21,967 nucleotides of DNA from a bacterium. GTDB taxonomy: Bacteria; Babelota; Babeliae; Babelales; JABCYS01. The stretch covers positions 1 through 21,967 of the forward strand of contig DAIDHG010000014.1 of NCBI GenBank assembly GCA_027452085.1, in the 5' to 3' direction. Every line of letters starts with the position of its first letter. Within the stretch, counting starts at the first letter, position 1. Of this stretch, positions 6,966 to 16,101 are shown one piece after another. The notes beneath the pieces were generated by a model that saw nothing but the letters and a program-made list of their open reading frames with translations, made no database searches and had not been told where the DNA came from. The position numbers were made by a program, and so were the translations under genes.

Positions 6966-8918
6966 ATGACGATATCTCGATATTTATACGTATTGGCGAT
7001 ACTATCAACTGCAACAGCGGCAAATGCCTCATCATGCGAAAATAGGAGCAGATTTACTTTAAGTTTACAGCCTATTCAAAGTAATTTTATTGCGCCCGCC
7101 ACGCCGCTGGCTGGTAATAATGGTTATCCAATTCCTGGTGGTGCAAGCTTAGCTGGTCCAAATATCCCTGTGGAGGTCGTAATCGATGCGTCTAAGCATG
7201 GAGAGAGAATATCGTTACATGTTGAAGGATTTTCATTTTCACTCACAGCTACGGGTTTTTTGATAGCTCAAACGTTCTTGCCAAAGAAGTTTAGTCCTAC
7301 TAGTGCACAGTGGCTAACTTTCTCTGCTGGTGATGGTCTTGAGGGCCATCTGTTTCGCGATGGCTCTATCCGTTTTTCAGGAATAGAAAACAGTCCGCTC
7401 GTTCCTGGTGTATATACCGTTGAGGATAGTGCAATACATTTTTATGCGGATCTCTTTCCAAATTGTGCCCGAGGCTTTGCGTTAGATCGCGAACGCAATA
7501 TTTTGGTTCGCACCGATAATTTTCCTATCTCACAAGGCCAGTCGAATGTAACGGGTAACTTTAATTCACTCAATAACGCCAATTTCGATTATGGCGAATA
7601 TTTTGGTTTACAGATGTATAACGGTGATGTGCTTACCGTTTCTACGGATAACTCATTTGATAATATGCAATTCCCTATCGCCGTTTTCAATAGAGTAAAT
7701 AGTCGTGGAAATCATCTTATTTCTCAAGTAGATGTCGTTCCTCAAGGCTATGCAAATGATCCATCGATGGCATTTGGGCTTGGCGAGATTTCCATGTCAA
7801 TAAATCCGGTAAATCCTAATCAGATCGCAGCAACTGTTGTAGTTGATCATGTTCCCAATTTAACACTGGGATTAGAAGCTCTTGCCATCTCGAATGATGC
7901 AGGGCTCACATGGACTATTGTCGACCCCCTCGCGAGCTCAGTGCCATTGCCGGCGCCAATCCCTGGATTTCCCTATCCAATTCTTGGTGGAGATCAGCAA
8001 ACAGTTTATGACGCTTTCGGCAATTTATTCTATGTTAACTTGGGTTTGGTTACTAATTCTTCATTTACCGAATTTACTACAGTTGGATGGGTTACGTTGA
8101 GCACGGATAATGGTATTACCTGGACTCTTATAGATACCGTTACAGGTATCAACCCAGAGACTTTTGGATTGGATTATCCCATATTGGCTACAGGCGTTGA
8201 GCCAGATGGCAGCAGTGTTACATGGCTCATGTTAAAGCAGGATGTTTCGTTTGACGAGATTCTGGGAGTAGGGGCTTCATTACCCTTGATGACTGCAGCA
8301 TATAAAACAACTGCTTTAGGAGTTGTAGCTGATAAAAAATATCAGGAAGTTCCTGGCTCAAACGTCGGTGGCTATGGAAACATTTGCGTAGGACCAGATG
8401 GTAGCGTTTTAATAACGGGGCAGGCAATGAACAATAGTTTGGGGTCTTTGCCGTTTACCAATAGCGTTCTTTGGTATTCATTTAATCCAGGTGGATTCAA
8501 TGGTTTATTTGAACCAATAAAGATTGTTGCAAACTCAAATGCTGAAAGCTATGTTTTCTTCAGTTACTATCTACCGCAGCAACAACGTGGCACGGCAGCG
8601 CACCTTAAATGTGCCATCGATAAAAATGGTCGCTGGTATTTTGTATATCTGGATCAAGAAACGACTCATGCAGTGCAGCCGAATCCAAATCTATATCTCA
8701 TTTACTCGGATGACCAAGGAGTTAACTGGTCAACACCGATGCAAATTAACAATGATACGAATCAAAAAACATTCCATATCATGCCGGAGATTTCAGTTGA
8801 TCCTTTTACAAATGATCTAGCAATTGCGTGGATTGATAGCAGAGAAGATCAAGATGACACGGCAACGCGCGTCTGGGCTACCGTAATTAAAAATAAATCT
8901 TTGCCCTTTATTGGATAA
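6966..8918 (+). CDS. Secreted Asp-box (BNR) repeat, sialidase-like beta-propeller protein
   Basis: Signal peptide (..ILSTATAANA); Asp-boxes SNDAGLTW, STDNGITW, SDDQGVNW; typical GEISMSINPVNPNQI, GDQQTVYDAFGNLF and IAWIDSR segments. ATG 6966 follows GGGGAG (track start 6960 is GTG). Substrate unknown. Confidence 0.8.
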   Translation: MTISRYLYVLAILSTATAANASSCENRSRFTLSLQPIQSNFIAPATPLAGNNGYPIPGGASLAGPNIPVEVVIDASKHGERISLHVEGFSFSLTATGFLIAQTFLPKKFSPTSAQWLTFSAGDGLEGHLFRDGSIRFSGIENSPLVPGVYTVEDSAIHFYADLFPNCARGFALDRERNILVRTDNFPISQGQSNVTGNFNSLNNANFDYGEYFGLQMYNGDVLTVSTDNSFDNMQFPIAVFNRVNSRGNHLISQVDVVPQGYANDPSMAFGLGEISMSINPVNPNQIAATVVVDHVPNLTLGLEALAISNDAGLTWTIVDPLASSVPLPAPIPGFPYPILGGDQQTVYDAFGNLFYVNLGLVTNSSFTEFTTVGWVTLSTDNGITWTLIDTVTGINPETFGLDYPILATGVEPDGSSVTWLMLKQDVSFDEILGVGASLPLMTAAYKTTALGVVADKKYQEVPGSNVGGYGNICVGPDGSVLITGQAMNNSLGSLPFTNSVLWYSFNPGGFNGLFEPIKIVANSNAESYVFFSYYLPQQQRGTAAHLKCAIDKNGRWYFVYLDQETTHAVQPNPNLYLIYSDDQGVNWSTPMQINNDTNQKTFHIMPEISVDPFTNDLAIAWIDSREDQDDTATRVWATVIKNKSLPFIG

Positions 8919-8937
8919 TATCTGCTGATTACGCTAA

Positions 8938-9012
8938 AGGCCTAGGGATAACAACCTGGGCCTGTTTTTTTGCTTTCTATTTTCTCGAGCAAGAGAAGTT
9001 GGTATGATTTTT
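8938..9012 (+). repeat. Repeat copy C: terminator (left arm shortened) plus promoter-like segment
   Basis: 75 bp identical to 6792-6866; lacks the AAAAC start of the left arm; the TGGTATGAT box ends about 35 nt before the M3 peptidase ATG. Confidence 0.9.
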
Positions 9013-9042
9013 GTTATCATAACCAAACAAGAAGGAAGCCCG

Positions 9043-11163
9043 ATGTATTTAGCTATTTCGCTGGTATTAATTGCAACATTGGCAAATTGTGCAGCGTCGC
9101 TAAAAAAAGTTGAGGTTGAGAAAGGTGATGGAATGTTAATCCAATCAGTTGACGATGTCGTAGCTTTATTTCCCAAAACAATAGAAGAAATTGAGGAGCG
9201 CAAGCAAAAATTACAAGCAAAAACGCTAGAAGATTTGCGCACCATCATCAATATCGACCCCGGAGCACGAACCTTTGAAAACACCGCCCGTGCACTTGAC
9301 CATGTTATGGGCCATTTTGCTATCGAATCTGAAGCGCTTGGCATGCTTGAGCATGTAAGCCCTGATGAAGCATTACGCACAGCATCGCATGAAGCATCCT
9401 CCTACCTGCAACAATTTGCGATCGATGCATTCAGTAGTTCTATGGATCTGTATCAAGCAGTAAAAGCCTACGTTGAAGGCAATGCCAATCAAGAAACATT
9501 ACGCGATGAAGAGCGCTACTTTTTGGCGGAAGTGATGCTGGAATTTAGACGCAATGGCCTTGATCTTGCACCAACCAAGCTTGAAAAGGTGAAGAAGATC
9601 TCCAAAGAAATTGCGGTGCTCTCGCGCCAATTTGAAAAAAATATTGCTGAAGGGCAACGAGAAATCGTCGTCACACTTTCTGAACTCAGTGGCCTTGATG
9701 AAGAATTTATCAATGCACTGAGAAAAACCGAGGCTGGCGGATGTGTGCTGGGCACCGATTACCCAACCTATACCGCCGTTATGGAAAATTGTTCAAACGA
9801 AGGTACCAGAAAAAAGTTGTTCCTTTCTTTTGGCCAACGTGCGTATCCAGAAAATATTGCGGTGCTGAATGAGCTTATTGCCAAACGCGACGAGTTTGCA
9901 AAGTTGTTGGGATATCCAAGTTACGCTGCCTATGATATCGACAATCAAATGGCTCATACGGTAGAAACCGTACAAAACTTTTTGAGCAACGTGGCTACAA
10001 AAGCGCGCATAAAAGATGAGGCTGAATTTCGTGAATTTACCAAGCAGTTGCCCGAGAGTGTAGAGCTTACTGATGATGGCCTGCTCAAACCATGGGATCG
10101 CGCCTATCTCATTGCTCAATACAAAAAGCATCATTACAACCTTGAAGAGCGGCAGTTGGCTGAATATTTCCCGGCAGACCATACTATTAAAGGTCTTATG
10201 CATATTTATGAGCAGTTCATGAGCTTGCGCATGGAGGAAGTACCGGTGCCTGGTCTCTGGCACGAAGATCTTAAGATGCTTGCTATATACGATAAGACAA
10301 ACACCTTACGCGGCTATCTCATCCTTGATCTCTATCCGCGGCCATGCAAATACAGTCATGCTGCATCATGGAGTATTTTGCCGACCACCAAATGCCGCAC
10401 GAAGGCTATGGAAGTGGTAACCACCACCTTTGAAGGGGATCATCATCCCTCGGTGGCTGTTGACGTGGTGGTATGCAATTTCCCTAAGGGAACCAAGGCG
10501 CGGCCAGCCTTACTCAAACACCGTGATGTTGAAACATTTTTCCATGAATTTGGCCATGCAATTCATACCATTTTGGGCACCACAGAACTTGCCTATTTTT
10601 CGGGTACCCGCACCAAGCTTGATTTTGTCGAACTGCCGTCACAGATGCTTGAAGAATGGATGTGGGATAAAAATATTCTGCATATGCTCAGCCGTAATTA
10701 TAAAACGGGCGATAAGATGCCTGATGATTTGATCGAGAAAAAGATTGAACTTAAAAATCTTGATATGGGCGGCCAAATTTTACGGCAGGTTGGTTTAGCT
10801 GAACTTTCGCTTGGTTTGTATAGCGAAGGTGCAAAAAAAGATATTCCGGCCTTGCAAAAGAAGTTGCATGCACAGTATCGCCCTAACATGCTCTTTGAGC
10901 CCAATGAATACATGTATGCTTCATTCGGTCATTTAAGCGGCTACGGAGCTCGCTATTACTCATATCTCTGGTCTAAGGTATTTGCTCTTGATGTATTTGC
11001 GGAAATAAAAAAGCAGGGCTTGTTAAACCCTGCCATTGGCTCTCGTTACGTAGATGAGATTTTATCAAAGGGCGGCAGCATTGATCCAAATCAGCTGCTC
11101 AAATCGTTTTTAGGCCGTGCGCCAAACGATAAAGCTTTCTTTCATGAGCTGGGATTAAATTAG
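9043..11163 (+). CDS. M3A family Zn oligopeptidase (thimet oligopeptidase / oligopeptidase A-like) with N-terminal signal
   Basis: FFHEFGHAIH zinc motif, DFVELPSQMLEEW, LDLYPRPCKYSHA, ASFGHLSGYGARYYSYLWS, FLGRAPN. Start at ATG 9043 after AAGGA. Confidence 0.93.
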   Translation: MYLAISLVLIATLANCAASLKKVEVEKGDGMLIQSVDDVVALFPKTIEEIEERKQKLQAKTLEDLRTIINIDPGARTFENTARALDHVMGHFAIESEALGMLEHVSPDEALRTASHEASSYLQQFAIDAFSSSMDLYQAVKAYVEGNANQETLRDEERYFLAEVMLEFRRNGLDLAPTKLEKVKKISKEIAVLSRQFEKNIAEGQREIVVTLSELSGLDEEFINALRKTEAGGCVLGTDYPTYTAVMENCSNEGTRKKLFLSFGQRAYPENIAVLNELIAKRDEFAKLLGYPSYAAYDIDNQMAHTVETVQNFLSNVATKARIKDEAEFREFTKQLPESVELTDDGLLKPWDRAYLIAQYKKHHYNLEERQLAEYFPADHTIKGLMHIYEQFMSLRMEEVPVPGLWHEDLKMLAIYDKTNTLRGYLILDLYPRPCKYSHAASWSILPTTKCRTKAMEVVTTTFEGDHHPSVAVDVVVCNFPKGTKARPALLKHRDVETFFHEFGHAIHTILGTTELAYFSGTRTKLDFVELPSQMLEEWMWDKNILHMLSRNYKTGDKMPDDLIEKKIELKNLDMGGQILRQVGLAELSLGLYSEGAKKDIPALQKKLHAQYRPNMLFEPNEYMYASFGHLSGYGARYYSYLWSKVFALDVFAEIKKQGLLNPAIGSRYVDEILSKGGSIDPNQLLKSFLGRAPNDKAFFHELGLN

Positions 11164-11741
11164 AGCTCGTCTACGCTGCTGATTTCTTCTATGCTCGGCA
11201 CTGTTACTTTTATGTTTTCAAGGGGTGCTGAAGAGTATTGAATATCTTTATCTTCTGGCTGTTCTGCTTGATGCCGGATGTGCTTGAGTTCATTTTCAAA
11301 AAGAGCCTGCTTTATTTCAAGTGCGTGCACTTTGTGACCAAGAGCAGATAACTGTTCTTGAACTTGAGCAATCTCTGCAGGGGCTGCTTTTTGGGTTGCT
11401 TCAAGAGCCTTTTCAACTTCCGATGGCATTGGTGGTTCAATGATCGGCGGGGCCTTGAGAATCTCTTCTGCCTTTGTTTGAGCTTCTCGTTTCGGTTTGA
11501 TTTCTTCAAGTTGTGCTGGCGCTGGCAGAGCCTCAGTCGGTTCTACTGCTTCAATATGATCCGGTGGTGTTGGCATTGCTGGCATCGCACCATGTATTGG
11601 TGCAGCAGCAAATAAAGAGCCGGCGCAGAGCAATGAAAATAAAAATAGTGCGCATACGAGCGTGATAACTACCGACCAGCCAGATTGTGCGGGCATATCT
11701 TCAGCGAAATTGCTATACCCAGTAAGCCATTTTTCTTTCAT
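11160..11741 (-). CDS. Hypothetical membrane-anchored or exported protein with Pro/Ala/Glu-rich linker and coiled coil
   Basis: GGAGAGG RBS before ATG 11741; one hydrophobic segment (VVITLVCALFLFSLLCAGSLFA); heptad region IAQVQEQLSALGHKVHALEIKQALFENELKHI. The stop overlaps the convergent M3 stop. Confidence 0.75.
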   Translation of the reverse strand: MKEKWLTGYSNFAEDMPAQSGWSVVITLVCALFLFSLLCAGSLFAAAPIHGAMPAMPTPPDHIEAVEPTEALPAPAQLEEIKPKREAQTKAEEILKAPPIIEPPMPSEVEKALEATQKAAPAEIAQVQEQLSALGHKVHALEIKQALFENELKHIRHQAEQPEDKDIQYSSAPLENIKVTVPSIEEISSVDEL

Positions 11742-11778
11742 GTACCTCTCCAAAAAATTAAATGCGATTCATCCGTAA

Positions 11779-11787
11779 AGTATAACA
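11779..11787 (-). promoter_or_regulatory. Extended -10 promoter element TGTTATACT
   Basis: Matches TGnTAnnnT about 38 nt upstream of ATG 11741. Confidence 0.5.
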
Positions 11788-11817
11788 AGTATGAATTGAA
11801 TAATTCAACACCGTCTT

Positions 11818-13473
11818 TTATTCTTTTTCAATTCCTGGCAAAAGCTTGAAGGTTGATGCCGAAGGCCGCGGAATTTCCATCAGGTAGGCAAGAGAAGGCG
11901 CAAGCTGTTGCGCAAACACTTTTTGGGTAATTCGTTTGGCAGCAAGCGCGTTGCGTTTGCAAAGCACCAGCGGAATATGTGTATCATAATCGTATGGGCT
12001 GGTATGTGAGGTGCCATATTCAGCATCAGTAATTAATATATACGGCCGTACCTGAAGAATGATATCACCGCTGCGGCCTTGCATGAGCTGATTGCGGAAA
12101 TAGGCTTCAATGTCACCCTGATTCAAATCATAATTTGAATGTTTCAGTTCATTAAAGGTCCAGGCGCGTAAAATACCCGGAATGGTGAGCACAAATTTCT
12201 TAATCTCCTGCAACAGTTTTGTTTGCTTGTCTGCGGGCAGGGCGTCAAATGACGAATGCTGCAGATAGAGTTGATTTGCTATGCAGTATGAAACCGCGTT
12301 ATCTATATTGAGCTTCTTTTTTATATGGTCATTGATTGATTTTATGAGGTCGGCGGCAAGGATTCTTTGTGCTGGGGCATATCCTTGGCTACGTGCAATT
12401 TCTGGTATTGGCATGACGCCATGATCAGAAACCAGTGCGAAGGTAACATTTTGCGGGCCAAAACGCTTGCTCGCGTGATCAAGCAATTGCTGGATATTGC
12501 GATCTATGTGATAGAGTAAATCGATAGCTTCCATGCTGTCTGGCCCAAACGGGTGGCCTGCGGTGTCAATGGTTGAGTAGGAAACCCAGAGCAATAAACG
12601 ATCGGGCTTTTTGTAATCAACGTAGGTATCAATGCATGATTTTGCAAAGTTGGTTATGAGCTGAACCCCTTTTGGCGTTCTCATTACTGCCTTATAGGGT
12701 GCTTTGGCATCTTGATCGATTTTAATGACCGTGCCTGCAATTGCCGTTGGAGGTGATTTGATTCCCCATTTACCCGTAAATTCATAATTATGAATGTTGT
12801 TAAATTGGTAGGCCGGGCTTTTGCTTGGGTATGCCAAATTCCATTTAATTGTCGTCAATGCGGGCAGATTTTGGTCTGTATTAAATTTATTTACCCAGCT
12901 TGGCAATGATGCCATATATGCTTTACTACTCGTAAATTGCCCCGTATGACTATCAAACCAAAAAGGGGTGCCTGCATGGCCAGCCAGTGAAATTGCCGGC
13001 AGGCTTTCAAGTGACAGTGCAACGGCTTCGCAGCGTGCCTCAGGGCTTGATCTTAATACCAGCTGATCGGAGAGGGTGTCTACTAATAGATGGTGTGCCG
13101 AGCGACCATATTTGTGTGTTTTGCTATTAAGTATACCAGCCTTTTTATGGTCATCTGCATCGGCAAATACAAGTTTGTTATGTTTTTCTTGCCAGATATT
13201 GGCAATGATACCATGATCTTTTGGTAAAGCCCCAGTAGAAATTGATGTATGCCCCACCGCCGTTTGCGGGTAGCCATGCGGCATATAGCATTCTTCGTAC
13301 ACAATGCCATTTTTTAAGAGATACCCAATGCCACCAGTTAGATGTTTTTTAAGCCTTTGTAACTGGTGATAGGCAAATTGATCAATGACAATTACCAAGG
13401 TTAAATCTGATTTTTTTGCCTTGAGTGGGCAGAAAAACAAACCTACGAGCAATAATTTTCTGAGCTTCATCAT
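11818..13473 (-). CDS. Alkaline phosphatase superfamily, PafA/PhoK-like (type I phosphodiesterase/nucleotide pyrophosphatase)
   Basis: VIVIDQF, Thr nucleophile in PQTAVGHTSISTG, HGIIANIW, DTAGHPFGP, VSDHG, SHTSPYDYDTHIP; signal peptide. Confidence 0.9.
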   Translation of the reverse strand: MMKLRKLLLVGLFFCPLKAKKSDLTLVIVIDQFAYHQLQRLKKHLTGGIGYLLKNGIVYEECYMPHGYPQTAVGHTSISTGALPKDHGIIANIWQEKHNKLVFADADDHKKAGILNSKTHKYGRSAHHLLVDTLSDQLVLRSSPEARCEAVALSLESLPAISLAGHAGTPFWFDSHTGQFTSSKAYMASLPSWVNKFNTDQNLPALTTIKWNLAYPSKSPAYQFNNIHNYEFTGKWGIKSPPTAIAGTVIKIDQDAKAPYKAVMRTPKGVQLITNFAKSCIDTYVDYKKPDRLLLWVSYSTIDTAGHPFGPDSMEAIDLLYHIDRNIQQLLDHASKRFGPQNVTFALVSDHGVMPIPEIARSQGYAPAQRILAADLIKSINDHIKKKLNIDNAVSYCIANQLYLQHSSFDALPADKQTKLLQEIKKFVLTIPGILRAWTFNELKHSNYDLNQGDIEAYFRNQLMQGRSGDIILQVRPYILITDAEYGTSHTSPYDYDTHIPLVLCKRNALAAKRITQKVFAQQLAPSLAYLMEIPRPSASTFKLLPGIEKE

Positions 13474-13535
13474 AGTTCCTTTGGTGTGTTTTCTTTAACG
13501 TACCAAAGACTGATGGGAAAAATGAATATTTAATC

Positions 13536-16010
13536 CTAGAAGGCTTGATTCATCGTTAAGTGAACTTCACTTGCCGTTTCACCAATCTTCTTATTGCGAT
13601 CAAGCTTAAAGCCCCAATCAACCTGAATAGGAATCGGTGAAAGAATGCGCACACCAACACCCACTGAATGACGATAATTGAAATGGTTGTTGCGCAAATT
13701 AGGCGAGGCAGGATTGATTGGCACCGGCGTATGCCAGCCAGCTCCACCATCATAAAACGCGGCAGCCTTAATCGAAAAGTCTTGTTTGATAGGGAAAATT
13801 AACTCTACGTTTAACCAGAATGCATTTGCCGCACCAATGCTATCAGTTTTCCAGTTAGGACCAATTTGACCGAAGGTAAAGCCACGAACCGTTGCCGGGC
13901 CACCAATGTGGTAAATCTCGCGGTATGGAATGGTATGATGACCTAAATTATGCACCGTACCCGCATGCCCATGTATGCCAAGAATAAGATCTTGTTCACC
14001 AATCAGTGGAGTAAACCAAACGGCATCGGCGTCAAATTTAACATAGCAATAGTTTGGATTGTCGGTACGTATTGCCGTAGCATTTGGTTGCGGGCTATGT
14101 ACGGGGATACCAAACTTAAGATTTGCATACCAACGATGACCTCTGGTCGGATGCATTGGATGGTTGCGACGATCTTGATCGATCGAGCCAGTAACCCAAG
14201 CGTGCGTACCAGGCTGGAAGAACCAATTTATGATGCGTTGAAACTCTGCTTGCGCTATTGGCTCGCCCGGCACAAAAGCAATTGGTTGATTGCGGTAGAA
14301 AATATTTTCTGCGCCAATTTCTGCGGCCATATGCACATCATACGGCACCCACATTAAGCCAACACCGCCAGAGCCGCCGGCACGGCGCTCGCGAATTTCC
14401 TGTGTTACATTATGAAAATCTTCATACTGAACAGCAGTTGCATAAATGTTACCTACGCCGGAAATTGGTCTACCAAAGAGCCATGGGCTGCCGACTGAAA
14501 ATGAACCACTTTGTTCAGCACGAGAAAGAGCAAGATTGAGGTTGTAGCTCACGCCATGACCATGGAAATTGCTATCAGAAAAACCAATCGTTGCCTGGAG
14601 GGTACGAAGCGGATTTTGGTAGTCCTCAAATGAACCGTTGGTATTTACCTGCAAGGTGAATTGGCCAGTGCGCACCTCTTTTAAGATCAAATCAAGGTCG
14701 GCTAAATCGTCGGCAATGCGATTAATTTTCCAGTTCACTCCTTCACGCTTATCAAAGAAGCCAAGGAATTCCACGCGATTTTTTGATTGCTCCATGTTGC
14801 GTGAAGTAATCCAATCACCTTCATCGACCACCAATTGTCGACGAACCACGTAGTCTCGCGTTTTTTGATTGCCTACCACGTTGATGCGACGCACTCTGAC
14901 CTTGCTTCCCAATTCGGTGTATAAAGACACATTGACGGTCTTAGTTTCTTCATTTGGCTGTACTGACGGTTCGATGTCGGTAAAGATATAACCGCTTTCG
15001 CCCCAAAAATTACGCAAGGCTTCAATTGAGCGTTGAATAAGAATTGATGAAAAAAGCATACCTTTGCGGATTGGAATGACGCGGAGTAGTTGCTCTTCAG
15101 ACATCAATTCGTTGCCAGGCACTTTAATGTCGCCAAAGGTATATACATCACCTTCATCAATGTGATAGGTGATCGTGAAATCTTTTGTTTTTGGATCGGT
15201 ATCAACTTGAATATGCACTACTTTTGCATTGAGATAGCCATGATTTTTATAAAACATTTCGATGGCATGGCGATCGGCCTCAAGCATTTCGGGATGGAAA
15301 GTGCCACTGGAATCTAAAAAGCTCATGATCCATTGTTCACGAGAATACAACAAACTTCTCAGTTGTTTGCCCGTTGCATGCTTATTGCCTTCAAAGCGAA
15401 TGCGTCGCACGGCTGAATGTTTATGCTCTTCAATTTTGAATGTTGCAATGATTTGATTATCTTCAATCGTGGTGTGTGGTGTTACCACGGCATGATGATA
15501 TCCCTTTTCAAGATACATCTTTTTGATGATCTGAGCGTATTTATTGAGCTCTTCATCATCTACGGCCTGCACTTTAGAGAAATCTATTTTTTTAAGAATT
15601 TCTTTTTCCGATAAGTTGCTCAACCCTTCAAACTTTACCGCGCGCAGACGTGTTTTTTCTAAAACGTTCACATGTAGATTCATACGGTTATGAGAGAGTT
15701 CTTCGCCATACAGTTCAATAGAGCGGAAATAGCCCATGCTATAAAGCTTGCGCAATGCCATACCTGTCTCGCGCACTTGAAACTCTTCGCCTTTTTGCCA
15801 CGGCAATCGATGCTGAATGGCATCAGCAGTTACGGTTTTATTGCCGGTAATAATAATAGCCTGAATACGCGGATTTGCTCGTTCTTGAGCGGGTTGATCC
15901 TGTTGCGCATGGCCTGTTGGTTCGGGTATGTGGGCAGTCTGCTCGTTTGCAATTAAGTGTGTGCATAGGATCGAGCAGATGAGCGTAAGTGAGAGAGAGA
16001 AACGTCTCAT
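13536..16010 (-). CDS. bamA: Outer membrane protein assembly factor BamA
   Basis: 824 aa; signal peptide; POTRA repeats (IIITGNKTV, VKFEGLSNL, IRFEGNKH, IKVPGNEL, INVVGNQKTRDYVVRRQL); barrel motifs IGGPATVRGF and RHSVGVGVRILSPIPIQVDWG; terminal Phe. Confidence 0.95.
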   Translation of the reverse strand: MRRFSLSLTLICSILCTHLIANEQTAHIPEPTGHAQQDQPAQERANPRIQAIIITGNKTVTADAIQHRLPWQKGEEFQVRETGMALRKLYSMGYFRSIELYGEELSHNRMNLHVNVLEKTRLRAVKFEGLSNLSEKEILKKIDFSKVQAVDDEELNKYAQIIKKMYLEKGYHHAVVTPHTTIEDNQIIATFKIEEHKHSAVRRIRFEGNKHATGKQLRSLLYSREQWIMSFLDSSGTFHPEMLEADRHAIEMFYKNHGYLNAKVVHIQVDTDPKTKDFTITYHIDEGDVYTFGDIKVPGNELMSEEQLLRVIPIRKGMLFSSILIQRSIEALRNFWGESGYIFTDIEPSVQPNEETKTVNVSLYTELGSKVRVRRINVVGNQKTRDYVVRRQLVVDEGDWITSRNMEQSKNRVEFLGFFDKREGVNWKINRIADDLADLDLILKEVRTGQFTLQVNTNGSFEDYQNPLRTLQATIGFSDSNFHGHGVSYNLNLALSRAEQSGSFSVGSPWLFGRPISGVGNIYATAVQYEDFHNVTQEIRERRAGGSGGVGLMWVPYDVHMAAEIGAENIFYRNQPIAFVPGEPIAQAEFQRIINWFFQPGTHAWVTGSIDQDRRNHPMHPTRGHRWYANLKFGIPVHSPQPNATAIRTDNPNYCYVKFDADAVWFTPLIGEQDLILGIHGHAGTVHNLGHHTIPYREIYHIGGPATVRGFTFGQIGPNWKTDSIGAANAFWLNVELIFPIKQDFSIKAAAFYDGGAGWHTPVPINPASPNLRNNHFNYRHSVGVGVRILSPIPIQVDWGFKLDRNKKIGETASEVHLTMNQAF

Positions 16011-16101
16011 CGAGAGAACTTCCTGCAGTAAAATTTAATTTTGGAGGAGCAAGATTAGCAGATTGTGCTGCATTGCTCTACCCAGGAGTTGTAGAAATTT
16101 T

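Noticed and set aside
5999..9012. Three palindromic direct repeats as a CRISPR array
   Set aside because: The intervals are about 0.75 and 2.1 kb and contain genes; no cas genes are present.
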